From the NCBI GenBank assembly GCA_964291235.2, contig OZ219815.1, positions 448,001-512,000 of the forward strand: 64,000 nt of DNA. The letters are read 5' to 3'. The DNA comes from Vicinamibacteria bacterium (lineage in GTDB: Bacteria > Acidobacteriota > Vicinamibacteria > Marinacidobacterales > Marinacidobacteraceae). Below are positions 1 through 8,829 of the stretch, piece after piece. The notes beneath the pieces are model-generated. The model saw only the letters and a list, made by a program, of their open reading frames with translations. It was not told the DNA's origin and searched no databases. Position 1 is the first letter of the stretch, and every line of letters starts with the position of its first letter. The position numbers were made by a program, and so were the translations under genes.

Positions 1-499
1 GCGGACGGCATACGTCCTCGGCCCGGGGGAAACCGAGCCGCCGGAGAGCATCCGGAACGCCTGGGCCGAAGTGATCCAGACCTCGCGTCTCTACGCGAGC
101 AAGATGGTTCCGGGCGCCATCGGACACGAAGTCTTCGATTCGATCATCGCGGAGACGGCGCGCGACGGTTACGTTCGGGATACCCGAACCGACCCCAGCA
201 TCTCGAATGTCGGATCCGAACGCGAGATCTCCCTCTACGGACACTCGCTGGGCAACGACCTGCACGACATCGGCGCCCGAGTGGCCCAGGATATTCCGTT
301 CGCTTTCGGGGATCGGGTCCGCTTCGCCCTCGTGGAAGGCGAGTTCGTCGCCATGGAGTTCCACGTCGGGGTGCCCATTCCGGAGTGGGGCGGCAAGAAG
401 TGGTCGGCCCGCTACGAGGAGATCGCGGCGGTCGGGCCCGAGGGCCTCGAAGAGCTGGTCCCGTTCCAGACGGAACTGCTCCTGATCCACTCTCGCTAG
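1..499 (+). CDS. M24 (Xaa-Pro aminopeptidase-like) metallopeptidase, C-terminal part; gene starts before the window
   Basis: YGHSLGNDLHDIG, MEFH and RYEE motifs; clearly paralogous to the C-termini of 1721-3193 and 3142-4554. Confidence 0.8.
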   Translation, partial: RTAYVLGPGETEPPESIRNAWAEVIQTSRLYASKMVPGAIGHEVFDSIIAETARDGYVRDTRTDPSISNVGSEREISLYGHSLGNDLHDIGARVAQDIPFAFGDRVRFALVEGEFVAMEFHVGVPIPEWGGKKWSARYEEIAAVGPEGLEELVPFQTELLLIHSR

Positions 500-586
500 C
501 GCCGCGGCCGGCGTGAACCCCGTTGGGGGCGGCGCGTAGCCTGGCCCCCCAGCCACCGCGACGGCGCAGACGGCAGAAATGTGATG

Positions 587-947
587 AACTCCGAAGCCTG
601 ATCCCCCCACCGCCCGGACCCAGCCCGTGACAGCGCGGACCCCCAACGCGCCAGGAGCGCCGGCCTCCGGCCGGCATCGCTCCCCGCAGGGGAGCGAAAC
701 GCGCATCGGTGCTCAGCCGTACGGCGCGCCGCCAACAGGAGCGTTTCGCCGTCCTCGTTGGGATGGGTGCTGTGCGGCCAATGAAACTCGTGAGTTTCGC
801 CCGCTACGCGGGCGATGCCGGCCAGAGGCCGGCGCTCCTGCGAGGCGAAACTCCGAAGCCTGATCCCCCCACCGCCCGGACCCAGCCCGTGACAGCGCGG
901 ACCCCCAACGCGCCAGGAGCGCCGGCCTCTGGCCGGCATCGCTCCCC
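587..947. repeat. REP-like palindrome cluster: 99-bp direct repeat (587-685 / 849-947) and three CAGGAGCGCCGGCCTCYGGCCGGCATCGC units (652-680 +, 812-840 -, 914-942 +)
   Basis: Read directly from the sequence; one mismatch between the 99-bp copies; intergenic between convergent genes. Confidence 0.85.
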
Positions 948-1008
948 CCAGGGCCGCGGGCGGTTCCTTGCTGAGCTCGCGCCGGACCGGAACGAACGGG
1001 TTCAGAGC

Positions 1009-1710
1009 CTACGCGCCGAGTTGCGCGGCGAGGTCGAGGAAGTCGCTCGCGTTGACGTCGAACGCGTCCTCGTAGGACAGGTCGATCCGGCGGCCCGGCC
1101 ACTCGTTGGGCCGCGGTACGAAGGCCGTCCGCAGGCCCGCCCCTGCCGCCGCCTTCAGATCCGGCTTGTGCGCGGCGACCATCATGACCTCGTCGGGCGC
1201 GAGGCCGAGCAGTCCGGCGGCCTTCAGATAGACCTCCCGGTCGGGTTTGTAGTGGCCGACCAGCTCCGACGACAGCACGGTGTCCCAGGGAAGGCCGGCG
1301 TTCTTGGCCATGTTCACGAGCAGCGAGACGTTCCCGTTCGACAGGGTGACCACGGTGAACTCGTCCTTGAGTCGCGTGAGGCCGGGTACCGAGTCCGGCC
1401 ACGGCTCCAACCGGTGCCAGACGCGGTTGAAGGCGTCCTTTTCGGCTTCGCTGAGGCCTTCGATGCCGAAACGGTCCAGCACCTCGTCCAGCATCATCCG
1501 GTGCAGCGCGTCGATATTCGTCCACGGAAGCTCGCCCTGCCGCACCCGGTTCATCGCCGGGTGGTAGCCGTCCCGCCACGCTTCCGCGAAAGCGGCCCAG
1601 TCCACTCTCAGGCCGTGGGCGCGGCCCAGCGCCCCGCCCTCCCGGATCACGCTGGAGCGCCAGTCCACCACCGTGCCGAAGACGTCGAATGCCAGCGCGC
1701 GAACTCGCAC
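1009..1710 (-). CDS. Haloacid dehalogenase type II (HAD superfamily)
   Basis: FDVFGTVVDW motif I, LSNGN, YKPDREVY, MVAAH..D motifs. Confidence 0.9.
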   Translation of the reverse strand: MRVRALAFDVFGTVVDWRSSVIREGGALGRAHGLRVDWAAFAEAWRDGYHPAMNRVRQGELPWTNIDALHRMMLDEVLDRFGIEGLSEAEKDAFNRVWHRLEPWPDSVPGLTRLKDEFTVVTLSNGNVSLLVNMAKNAGLPWDTVLSSELVGHYKPDREVYLKAAGLLGLAPDEVMMVAAHKPDLKAAAGAGLRTAFVPRPNEWPGRRIDLSYEDAFDVNASDFLDLAAQLGA

Positions 1711-1720
1711 GAGCTCAACC

Positions 1721-3193
1721 TTATTCGTTCGGGCGATGGATCAGGCCACCTCCCGAGCCAACGAGCAGCAGCCGTTCCTGGCGCGGGATGAGCCAGTGCA
1801 CCCCGGCGGCGGCCTGCTGGGCATTCTCCTCGAACCGCGAGTACCAGGTCGTTCCGCCCCACTCGGGGATCGGGGTGCTCAGGTGGAACTCGACGGACAC
1901 CCACTCACCCTCGACCAGCGGAAACCGCACCCGCTGCCCGTAGGCGAGCGGGAAATCTTCGGCCACCCGCGCTCCGATGTCGTGGGAGTTGTTTCCGACC
2001 GAGTGCCCGTAGATGCCGATCTCGGGCCGCGTGTCGGTGGCGGCGACCCCGCCGGCGTCCGGCCCCACCACCCGGTAGCCGCGGTCCTGGACCCGCTCCA
2101 CGATGGCGGCCCACACCTCGGTCCCGGTACGGCCCGGAATCATTTCCTCGACGTAGATGTCGGCGACTCCGAGAGTCTCCTGCCAGGCGTCCCGGATGCT
2201 CTGCGGCGGCTCGGTCTCGCCTTCGCGGAGGACGTAGATGGTGCGCTTCATGTCGGTCTCGAAGCCGAGATACTTGAGTCCGCTGTCGATGCCGACGATG
2301 TCACCGGGCTCGATCGGGTGTTCGCTCGCGAGTGGTAGCTGCTGACCCTCCCGGACGATCCGGGCCACGTTGGAGCCGCTCTGGCCGGTCTCGAGCCCCA
2401 CGTCGCGGGCCCGCTGCTCCATCCACCAGTAGAGATCGGCCGCCGTGGTTTCGCCTGGAACAACGGCGTCGAATCCTTCCTTCATCCAGCGGTCGGACCA
2501 CTCCAGGAGCTGGGTGAAGACCTCGGTCTCCTCGGGGACCTTGTGGAGCCGGAAGTCGCGCACCAGCAGCTCCGCCGAGACGATCCGCGACGAATACTCC
2601 GGACCGATGGCGTTTTCGATGTATTCGAGCAGTCCCAGGGTGAGCCCGTCGGCCTCCGGCAGCGTGTAGGACCGGTTCACCCCGATCCGCTGCGGATCCC
2701 GTTCGGCAACCGCATCCCGAAGCAGCGGCGCCACCCCCTCCGGGTGATATCCGTAGTAGGTCGTGGCATCGAAGAGATGGGGAACGATGGCGGTGTTCGG
2801 CTGCTCGTGGGAGCCGAAGAAGAGCTTCTCGATCCCCGCCTCCTCTCCCCGGTCGAAGAAGAGGTACACGCCGCGGACGCCCGGATATCCGCCGCCCACC
2901 TCGTCGTGGAGCGGTTCCTCGTTGTTCTCCCGGTCCATGACGATCCACAGGTCGATACCGTGCGCGCGCATCGCCGGCGGGAGCGCCTCGTCGAGCTTCT
3001 TCTCCACGATGGTGCGCTTCCGCTCCCACTGCTCGTACTCCGTGGGAACCCCGTAGGGGTTGTAGGGAGCAGGCTCGGGCGGCGGCGGGGCACAGCCCGC
3101 GAGCGCGAGCGCGACGCTCCCCAGGAGTGCCGGGAGCCGGATCAGTTCGCCGGCTCGATGAGGAACAACTCCTTCTGGGTGGGAATAAGCCAT
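1721..3193 (-). CDS. M24 family metallopeptidase, predicted lipoprotein (start uncertain: ATG 3193 or CTG 3145 overlapping the upstream stop)
   Basis: LAGC lipobox; GIDSG...TDMKRT, GHSVGNNSHDIG, SVEFH and RFEE supply the D,D,H,E,E ligands. Confidence 0.8.
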   Translation of the reverse strand: MAYSHPEGVVPHRAGELIRLPALLGSVALALAGCAPPPPEPAPYNPYGVPTEYEQWERKRTIVEKKLDEALPPAMRAHGIDLWIVMDRENNEEPLHDEVGGGYPGVRGVYLFFDRGEEAGIEKLFFGSHEQPNTAIVPHLFDATTYYGYHPEGVAPLLRDAVAERDPQRIGVNRSYTLPEADGLTLGLLEYIENAIGPEYSSRIVSAELLVRDFRLHKVPEETEVFTQLLEWSDRWMKEGFDAVVPGETTAADLYWWMEQRARDVGLETGQSGSNVARIVREGQQLPLASEHPIEPGDIVGIDSGLKYLGFETDMKRTIYVLREGETEPPQSIRDAWQETLGVADIYVEEMIPGRTGTEVWAAIVERVQDRGYRVVGPDAGGVAATDTRPEIGIYGHSVGNNSHDIGARVAEDFPLAYGQRVRFPLVEGEWVSVEFHLSTPIPEWGGTTWYSRFEENAQQAAAGVHWLIPRQERLLLVGSGGGLIHRPNE

Positions 3194-4554
3194 TTCACGC
3201 CCTCCTCGGTAATCTGGGCGGTCTCCTCGAAGCGCGCGTACCACGTCTTCCCGTCCCATTCCGGCACCGGAATGCTCGCGTGGAACTCGATGGAGACCCA
3301 CTCGTTCGCCTGGAGCGGGAAGCGGACCCGGTCTCCGTAGGCGAACGGGATGTCGGCCGCGATCCGGGCGCCGATGTCATGCGCCACGTTGCCCACCGAG
3401 TGGCCGTACACCCCCACTTCGGGCTCGATCGTGGTGGTCGCGTCTCCGCCCGCATCCGGCCCGGTGGCCCGGTAACCGCGGCTTTCCATCTCGGCGTTGA
3501 TGGCCGACCAGGTCTCGAAGCCGACCGCGCCGGGCACCATCATGCTGGCGTAGAAGTCGCCGATCTCGTGGGTGGTGCGCCAGACCTCCTGGAGACTCTC
3601 GGGCATCTCGCTTTCGCCGGGCTTCAGGATGTAGGCGGTGCGCTTGATGTCGATCGCGTAGTGGAGATACCGGAGTCCACCGTCGATCCCCACGATGTCG
3701 CCGGGTTCGAGCGGGATGTCGGGATCGTGGATGGGTAGCAGTTCGCCCTCCCTCACCACGCGCACCGTGCCCCAGCCGGTGAGTCCCAGCTCGAGCGCCC
3801 GGTCCAGCAGCCACCAGGAGACGTCCTCCGCGGTGGTGACGCCGGTGACGACGTTTGCGGTAGAGAGCGCCTCCTCCATCCAGCGGGCCGACCAGCCGAG
3901 CAGGTCCGTGTAGATGGCGGTTTCGGTCGGAGTGCGCTGGAGCCGGAAGTCACGCACCAGCAGCTCGGCCGAGACGATCCGGCTCGCGTACTCGGGACCG
4001 ATGGCATCCACCAGGAAGTTCCTCAGGCCGACCGTCAGCCCGTCCGCTTCGGGCAGCGTGTGCGAGGTGTTGACTCCGATCACCTGTGGATCCCGGTCCT
4101 CGATCGCCTTCCGGAGGTGCGGCGTGAGGCCTTCCCGGCTGTAGCCGTAGTAGATGGTCTCGTCGTAGATCTGGCTGATGACCGAGTTCGCCGGCTGCTC
4201 GTGAGAGCTGTAGTAGAGCTTTTCGACGGAGTCGGTGCCGTTGTCGTGGAAGATGAAGGCGCCGCGTACTCCCGCGAACCCGCCGCCGAGTTCGACGTGG
4301 AGCGGCTCTTCGTTGTTCTCGCGGTCCATCACGATCCACATGTCGATGCCGTGGTTGCGCATCGCGGGGAGCAGCACCGTCTGGAGCTTTTCGGCGATGG
4401 CGTCGCGCTGGATCGCGAACCGGTCCTTGGATTCCGGGATTCCGTAGGGGTCGGCGGGCGCCGGTTCCATGCCTCCGCCACCACCGGTACAACCGCCGAG
4501 TGCCGCCACGAGCGGGATCCCGGCGGCGAGCGCGGCAATCTTCCGTATCGTCAT
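3142..4554 (-). CDS. M24 family metallopeptidase, predicted lipoprotein
   Basis: ATG 4554 with GGAGGT RBS; LGGC lipobox; GIDGG...IDIKRT, GHSVGNVAHDIG, SIEFH, RFEE. Confidence 0.85.
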   Translation of the reverse strand: MTIRKIAALAAGIPLVAALGGCTGGGGGMEPAPADPYGIPESKDRFAIQRDAIAEKLQTVLLPAMRNHGIDMWIVMDRENNEEPLHVELGGGFAGVRGAFIFHDNGTDSVEKLYYSSHEQPANSVISQIYDETIYYGYSREGLTPHLRKAIEDRDPQVIGVNTSHTLPEADGLTVGLRNFLVDAIGPEYASRIVSAELLVRDFRLQRTPTETAIYTDLLGWSARWMEEALSTANVVTGVTTAEDVSWWLLDRALELGLTGWGTVRVVREGELLPIHDPDIPLEPGDIVGIDGGLRYLHYAIDIKRTAYILKPGESEMPESLQEVWRTTHEIGDFYASMMVPGAVGFETWSAINAEMESRGYRATGPDAGGDATTTIEPEVGVYGHSVGNVAHDIGARIAADIPFAYGDRVRFPLQANEWVSIEFHASIPVPEWDGKTWYARFEETAQITEEGVKWLIPTQKELFLIEPAN

Positions 4555-4706
4555 CAGGGGACCTCCATCCGAAGGCAACCGCATCCCGGCAGCCGAGCGG
4601 CAACAATTGCCCCGCGCGCCTGAATGGGAGTGGACGCCGCCACCGAGTCTATTGAAGCTGTTCCGCACGCCACAAACGCAGGGCCACCACCTGCCACCCG
4701 CCTTCC

Positions 4707-5198
4707 ATGCCTGACCCGTCCCGCCCCCGGAAACCGCCCCGCCTGGGCTTTCCCAAGGCGGAAGGCGCGACGGAGCACGACCGGGCGGAGTTCACCCGCG
4801 CGGTCGCCGACACGCCGGCCGAGTTGCTGGGAGCCGTGCGGGCCCTCCCGGGGGCCTCGCTCCTTCCGTCCCCGTTCACCCTGCTCCGGGAACTCCAGGG
4901 CGGCAAACGCCGGGTGCGGGACGACTGCGCCATCTCGCTGCGCCAAAAAACCCGGGAAGAGGCGCGCGGACTGCTCGAGAGCTTCCTGCGCGCACGACAG
5001 ATACGGGGAGATCGGTTCGTGATCGTGATTCACGGCAAGGGCTATGGCTCTGAAGGCGGCCGACCCGTGCTGGCGCGGCACGTTCCCGAATGGCTCGCCA
5101 CCTGGAAGCCGGAAGTGGTCGCCGCCTGGGGAGAGGCGCGCCGCGAAGACGGCGGCAGCGGCGCGCTCTACGTGGTGCTCGCTTCCGAACGGACGTAG
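4707..5198 (+). CDS. Stand-alone Smr/MutS2 C-terminal domain protein
   Basis: VIHGKGYGS..GRPVL and EDGGSGALYVVL Smr motifs. Confidence 0.8.
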   Translation: MPDPSRPRKPPRLGFPKAEGATEHDRAEFTRAVADTPAELLGAVRALPGASLLPSPFTLLRELQGGKRRVRDDCAISLRQKTREEARGLLESFLRARQIRGDRFVIVIHGKGYGSEGGRPVLARHVPEWLATWKPEVVAAWGEARREDGGSGALYVVLASERT

Positions 5199-6019
5199 TG
5201 CCCGAAGCGCGCCGAACCGGAGGCGGGGGCGGGGATTGGGATCCGGCCCAGTACCAGCGGTTCGGCGGCCACCGGCTGCGCCCCGGACTCGAACTCCTGC
5301 GGCGGGTTCCGATCACCGCTGCCTCGGCGGTCCATGACCTCGGCTGCGGCGCCGGGACCATCACCCGGATCATCGCGGAGCGGTTCCGGGGCGCCCGCGT
5401 CACCGGGCTCGACAGTTCCTCCGAGATGCTGGCGAAGGCCCGCGCGGAACCGAGTTCGATCGAATGGGTCCGGGCCGACATCGAGGACTGGGAGCCGGAG
5501 AACCCACCGGACCTCATCTACTCGAACGCCGCGCTCCATTGGCTGGAGGACCATCGGACGCTATTCCCCAGGCTCCTCGCGTACCTCGCGCCCGGCGGCT
5601 GCCTCGCGGTGCAGATGCCGCTCAGCCACGCCCAGCCCTCCCACGTGCTGATGTGCGAAACCCTGGCGAACGGCGGGGTGGGAGGGTCGCGGCTGGGGGA
5701 CGAGGCGGTCGCAGCCGCCGCCGCCCGCGAGTGGGTGCTCGACTCCGGCGCGTACTACGAGCTGCTCGCGCCGCAGGCAGCGGAACTCGACATCTGGGAG
5801 ACCGTGTACCTCCACCGGCTCGAAGGCGACGATGCCGTTCTCGAATGGGTCCGGGCGACCGGGCTCCGGCCCGTCCTGAACGGACTGACCGGCGCCGATC
5901 TCGAGCGCTTCCTGGAGGTGTACCGGGAACGCCTGCGCGAGGCGTACCCGCGCCGCGCGGACGGCATCACCGTGTATCCGTTCCCACGCCTCTTCCTGGT
6001 GGCGACGCGCCGGGACTAG
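5198..6019 (+). CDS. tam: Trans-aconitate 2-methyltransferase-like SAM-dependent methyltransferase
   Basis: WDPAQY, DLGCGAG, GLDSSSEML, SNAALHW, AVQMP, DIWET, YPFPRLF; GTG 5198 overlaps the Smr stop. Confidence 0.85.
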   Translation: MPEARRTGGGGGDWDPAQYQRFGGHRLRPGLELLRRVPITAASAVHDLGCGAGTITRIIAERFRGARVTGLDSSSEMLAKARAEPSSIEWVRADIEDWEPENPPDLIYSNAALHWLEDHRTLFPRLLAYLAPGGCLAVQMPLSHAQPSHVLMCETLANGGVGGSRLGDEAVAAAAAREWVLDSGAYYELLAPQAAELDIWETVYLHRLEGDDAVLEWVRATGLRPVLNGLTGADLERFLEVYRERLREAYPRRADGITVYPFPRLFLVATRRD

Positions 6020-6260
6020 AAGCCCCTCGGGAACACGCGGTACCCGAGCGCAGTTGCCTCAAAGCGGACAATTCCGGTTCGCGCTGTCCTGCACGGTCGG
6101 TTTCGACACGCAGTCGTCCTCCCGGTACCTCGTCGACGGGACGCCTCACCGCAGGTCCTTCCAGTGGTCCGTCGACGTTAGCGCGCCTCTCGTTACACTG
6201 CTTGTCCTTACCGTGTAGCGCGGCTACGCATTCCCGAGACCCTAGACTTGGAGAAGTCCG

Positions 6261-6956
6261 ATGCCCAACCAACCGAGGTTAGGGGCCAATCTCACGATGG
6301 CCCTCGTCACCCTCGCAATCATCATCGCAACTCTGCTCGGATTCCGAGAGGTCCAGCTGTCAATTACCTCTCTACAGGAGGTGGGCGCACTCATCCTTAC
6401 TCTGGGTTTCGTTGCCCTCGTCATAGAACGTGCTGTCGAGGTCTATGTCTCCAGGCAATATGGCCCCCAAAAGATCCGACGTCGGCGCCCCTTAACGCGG
6501 GCAGAGGCAAGACTGGGAAAAGCCGAAAGGCTACTGGATGAAGAGCGCGAACGCCGACACATGATGTCGCGCGTCCCTTCTCCGGAAGAAGATGCCCACA
6601 TGAAGGAACTCGTCCAGAATGCTGAGAGTGCTCACAAGGAATTCGAGACCGCCGAGGAGAAGACTTGGCTTCCCCTGTCGGAGCTGCGAACTCGGAAGCT
6701 TCGCGCGGCGAGTATTCTGTCTCTTACGTTCGGAGCACTAGCTGCCCTATCGGGTATGCGGGTCCTCGGTCAATTCCTGCCCATACAAGATGGCAAGCTT
6801 GTAGGAGTCCTGGCCAATGCAGACCAAGGCTTCCAACTGAGTATGTTCCGGGTTACGGATGCGCTCCTTACTGCCCTTCTTCTTGCCGGTGGTGCAGACG
6901 GAATCCACAAGATTTTCGCGTCGTTTAAGTCTCTTCGCTCGAAAACTGCCGAATGA
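6261..6956 (+). CDS. Hypothetical membrane protein (about 4 hydrophobic segments around a charged helical insert)
   Basis: 231-aa ORF with GGAGA RBS; hydrophobic segments at both ends; lower GC than the flanks. Confidence 0.65.
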   Translation: MPNQPRLGANLTMALVTLAIIIATLLGFREVQLSITSLQEVGALILTLGFVALVIERAVEVYVSRQYGPQKIRRRRPLTRAEARLGKAERLLDEERERRHMMSRVPSPEEDAHMKELVQNAESAHKEFETAEEKTWLPLSELRTRKLRAASILSLTFGALAALSGMRVLGQFLPIQDGKLVGVLANADQGFQLSMFRVTDALLTALLLAGGADGIHKIFASFKSLRSKTAE

Positions 6957-6983
6957 TCCTCTGCGTTCCTACGATTACGGGAT

Positions 6984-7415
6984 TCAGGCGATCGTTGCCG
7001 GATAAACACATTCGCGGTCCACTAACATCGCGATCTCCACGGCTACGGCAAAGTCATCGGCGCTGTAACCGAAGACTCCGCTGTGTGACTCGTCGTCATC
7101 TAAGCGCCGATGCTCGACGTCTGCCGTTCCGGTTATAGCCGAGACCGCCGCCTTGACCTCTCCAACTTCCAGAACTGCAAACCTCCCGTTCGGCTTGACG
7201 CGATACTCCTTGCTTCGGAAAGCCGTTCGAACCTCGCCGACGGCCGCGTCAAGATCAGAGGCGTCGAGGAACTCGAGCCAGTTCACAGAGAGGTAATCCT
7301 CCTTCTTCGGTCGAATTTCAAACGCAGCCGGCATCGGCAAACCGTCCTGTCCGACCGCCGACGGTTTGCAGTACCGAGCTACGTGATCCCTATCCGGAAG
7401 TAGATCCGCACCCAT
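6984..7415 (-). CDS. Hypothetical protein, putative ADP-ribosyltransferase-like-fold toxin
   Basis: HVARY...AFEIR...YLSVNWLE...HSG pattern; ATG directly follows the upstream TGA; function inferred. Confidence 0.55.
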   Translation of the reverse strand: MGADLLPDRDHVARYCKPSAVGQDGLPMPAAFEIRPKKEDYLSVNWLEFLDASDLDAAVGEVRTAFRSKEYRVKPNGRFAVLEVGEVKAAVSAITGTADVEHRRLDDDESHSGVFGYSADDFAVAVEIAMLVDRECVYPATIA

Positions 7416-8066
7416 TCAGTGTCGACTATCTGGCAAGAACGACCTTACGGCCTGCAAGGCCTGATCCTTGGGCAACGTACCGTGGACGCGGCGTCGTTCC
7501 GCCGGGGTACTGGATTCGGAGACTCCGGCAAACTGCAAGAAGCCGCTCGGCAAGAACCGGATCGCAAGGACTCCCCCACCCTTCACTCGCCATTGCGCCT
7601 GTAAGAGTCGATCAGGGCTTATTCCAAAATCCGCATCACGATGCTGAGGCTCGCTGGCAAAAAAGAGAGCGCATTGCTGTAGCGAAGAAAACGCCATCGG
7701 CGGTTCATCCGGATCCTCGTCACCAGTGACCTCGTGAAGGTACGTGAGCCGTTTGGCGATCGCTCCTAATCCCAGTGGTGGAAGCGCCGCGAGGATCTGT
7801 TCATGGCTCGTCGCAGAGAGGATCGAGCCGATCAAACGGGTCTGCGCCGAATCCGGCGAACTGTCTGCGCTGGCGCCGACACTCAACGCCAACTCCGCAA
7901 TCCGAGCGAGGTCGGCGGAACCGAAGAGTGGAGTTCCGTCCGCAAATGAGAGCGAAGTTGGATCTCCACCCGCCGGGGAAAAAGAGTCCCGAAACATGGC
8001 GGCCAGTGCAGCTCTCGCACGGAGATCCTCATAGGCCAGTGTCGCCGTAGGAGCTGACGGGCTCAT
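7416..8066 (-). CDS. Hypothetical protein, putative antitoxin (low-complexity N-half, compact C-terminal domain)
   Basis: ATG 8066 in ATGA overlap with the upstream stop; C-terminal ISPDRLLQAQW...LAIRFLPSG..QFA. Confidence 0.55.
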   Translation of the reverse strand: MSPSAPTATLAYEDLRARAALAAMFRDSFSPAGGDPTSLSFADGTPLFGSADLARIAELALSVGASADSSPDSAQTRLIGSILSATSHEQILAALPPLGLGAIAKRLTYLHEVTGDEDPDEPPMAFSSLQQCALFFASEPQHRDADFGISPDRLLQAQWRVKGGGVLAIRFLPSGFLQFAGVSESSTPAERRRVHGTLPKDQALQAVRSFLPDSRH

Positions 8067-8698
8067 GTTGATTTCAGCCCCCACAGCATCGTCAGAGCTT
8101 TGCCCACGAAGTTCCGCCGCTCAGGCCAGCGTTGGATAGCTCCACACAAACCGTCTACGTCGAGCGGCCCAGGATGATGCACATTGCACGAGGCGACCCG
8201 CTCAGTCTGTTGGTCGCCGGCTTCCTGGAAGGCGATGAAACAGACAGCTCCTCCGGCGTCCAAAGCGAACTTGGGGGTCATCTCCAGCACCGTAGCCTCA
8301 GCGCCCAGCCAGCTCGTCCCGAATCGGTCAACGAGCCGTCGTGCCGGCTCGGACTCCCGGACGACAACGTCGCAGTTAAGTCCAAGAGCCCGGTACGGCA
8401 CGTGCGGTAGCTTCGCCAGATAGGACTGCGTGAGCTGGTGAATCTCGCAGTCTTCCTCGAGAGCCGGGTCCGCCGGTTGGGTAATTGTCAGCTGGGAAGG
8501 GTCGACTGTCCACCCGACCCCGTTGTCGTAGCGCACGACAGACAGCGCCGGCGTCGTGAGCACCTCCACAGCCGCCCAGTCCGGGGGAACGATCTCCCGA
8601 GACACCAGAAAGTCCGGGTTGAGAATCGACGGGTTGTGAAACTCGGCAGTTACAACCACGCTAACGGACCGAAGGGCCAGGCGCGGTTTCTCAGACAT
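8063..8698 (-). CDS. Hypothetical protein, TIGR04255-like / putative SecB-like chaperone
   Basis: VVVTAEFHNPSILNPDFL, LPHVPYRALGLN and CNVHH motifs; first gene of a coupled triad; family inferred. Confidence 0.55.
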   Translation of the reverse strand: MSEKPRLALRSVSVVVTAEFHNPSILNPDFLVSREIVPPDWAAVEVLTTPALSVVRYDNGVGWTVDPSQLTITQPADPALEEDCEIHQLTQSYLAKLPHVPYRALGLNCDVVVRESEPARRLVDRFGTSWLGAEATVLEMTPKFALDAGGAVCFIAFQEAGDQQTERVASCNVHHPGPLDVDGLCGAIQRWPERRNFVGKALTMLWGLKST

Positions 8699-8829
8699 CG
8701 GGGCCGGATCCCCACGGGACGGACCGGACTGTCATCGAGGCCTGTTTTCTCAGCTTTCCCTCTCCTGTCCCGCCACGGATCGCGCCCGAAATATACCTTG
8801 GAAGTGTCCGGCGCCGGTCGCACCCAACT

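Noticed and set aside
144-939. Two minus-strand ORFs with near-identical N-termini (MPA.GRRSWRVGGPRCHG...)
   Set aside because: They are translations of the 99-bp non-coding direct repeat, not duplicated genes
587-947. Possible CRISPR array
   Set aside because: Units alternate in orientation, spacing is irregular, one spacer is duplicated and no cas genes are present
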